From: Candidatus Iainarchaeum sp.
GTDB taxonomy: Archaea > Iainarchaeota > Iainarchaeia > JAGGVJ01
Direction: 5' to 3'
NCBI GenBank assembly: GCA_021158055.1
Contig: JAGGVJ010000040.1
Location: forward strand, 36,474-100,473
Length of the DNA: 64,000 nt
The position numbers and the translations under genes were made by a program. Under the pieces are notes generated by a model, which saw nothing but the letters and a program-made list of their open reading frames with translations, did not search any database and was not told where the DNA came from. Numbering within the stretch: position 1 is the stretch's first letter; each line of letters begins with the position of its first letter. This document shows positions 63,188 to 64,000 of this stretch, piece after piece.

Positions 63188-64000
63188 TCACGCAAGCTCC
63201 ACGTTGTACTTCCAGTTGCACTTCTCGTTTGCGGGAATGCACGCCTGAATGTTGTAAACCCCGGGCGGAACCTCAACAAACACCTGTCCGCTGCTTCCGG
63301 CAAACGGACCGAATCCTTTTGAATCACTTACCCTCACCGCCTCTGCAGTAACCTCACCCGAGTAAGTGGCTGAACAATTGGTTACGGTTATTTTGAACTG
63401 GGGATAATAACTCACGTCCCACGAATCCAAAGTCGGGGTGCTTCCGGAAATAAAGTTCGCTCTCAGTTTAATCGGAATACTTCCAACTGTTTCTGAAATG
63501 TTCTGCCCGTTTTTTACATTTGCAATAAGAACTGAATCGTCTGACGCGTCCAAAACATCAACCGTAAGCGTTGATGCTCCCAGAGTGATTTTTGAGAAAG
63601 TAACGACACCCCACTTGCTGAAATTCACTGGGTCAATCACAGGAGTAATGAAAGTCCCGCTTGACTGCGTGCCTGAAAGAACCACGCTTCCGTCAACCAG
63701 CTCAGTGCTTGAATACTCTCCGTTGCTTAAACTCAAACCCACGGTTGCAAGACCTAAGTCATTCACAAACACTTCTTTGGTAAACTCGGGGCCCCAGTAC
63801 TTACTGTCACTTGCCTTTGCTTTCACCTGCCACAAACCAGGTTTACCGTTTTCAGCAGTGAAAGAATATGTGGCTGAACCTTGCACAGGTGGATTTAAAA
63901 CCTCATTTCCCAAACCATCCAAAACACGGAAATCATACTGCGTAATCGGATCACTGTTAGGGTCAGTTGCAAAAGCGGTTGCAACTACTTCATCACCGAG
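63188..64000 (-). CDS. C-terminal part of a large extracellular beta-rich (Ig-like) protein, truncated by the window end
   Basis: Frame open to 64000 (LGDEVVATAFATDPNSDPITQYDFRV...); S/T/G/V-rich beta strands. Confidence 0.75.
   Translation of the reverse strand, partial: LGDEVVATAFATDPNSDPITQYDFRVLDGLGNEVLNPPVQGSATYSFTAENGKPGLWQVKAKASDSKYWGPEFTKEVFVNDLGLATVGLSLSNGEYSSTELVDGSVVLSGTQSSGTFITPVIDPVNFSKWGVVTFSKITLGASTLTVDVLDASDDSVLIANVKNGQNISETVGSIPIKLRANFISGSTPTLDSWDVSYYPQFKITVTNCSATYSGEVTAEAVRVSDSKGFGPFAGSSGQVFVEVPPGVYNIQACIPANEKCNWKYNVELA

Noticed and set aside
1-64000. tRNA/rRNA genes
   Set aside because: Intergenic gaps are short and AT-rich, and no cloverleaf or rRNA-like GC-rich segment was recognised by eye

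Overview
Archaeal chromosomal window, most consistent with a DPANN lineage (Iainarchaeota/Diapherotrites- or Micrarchaeota-like; inferred from gene content, GGTGA Shine-Dalgarno sites, PolB, PAC2 and archaeal-type pilins). About 48 kb (1.3-49.8 kb) forms one cell-surface super-locus. It contains two paralogous giant membrane-anchored proteins (2079 and 2765 aa), the larger ending in a Gly/Ala-rich hydrophobic hairpin plus a ~400-aa coiled coil that resembles a pore-former or fusogen. It also holds an exo/archaeosortase-family enzyme, a 1451-aa secreted protein with a candidate C-terminal sorting signal, and three VirB11/FlaI-type pilus ATPase + TadC modules, one ATPase fused to a 16-Cys ferredoxin. 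Further members are eight class-III-signal pilin-like proteins, a prepilin peptidase, an apparently inactive HerA-like ATPase and a histone-fold protein coupled to the 1451-aa gene. The last ~14 kb carries lipid and glycan genes (UppS, geranylgeranyl reductase, UbiA, GT-C) and a glmS-HAD-GNAT-GHMP kinase-nucleotidyltransferase cluster that may be a mutase-independent UDP-GlcNAc route. Short tandem duplications (mostly 17-27 bp) are unusually frequent. I recognised no rRNA, tRNA, CRISPR array or mobile element. All functional calls come from reading motifs by eye, not from database searches.
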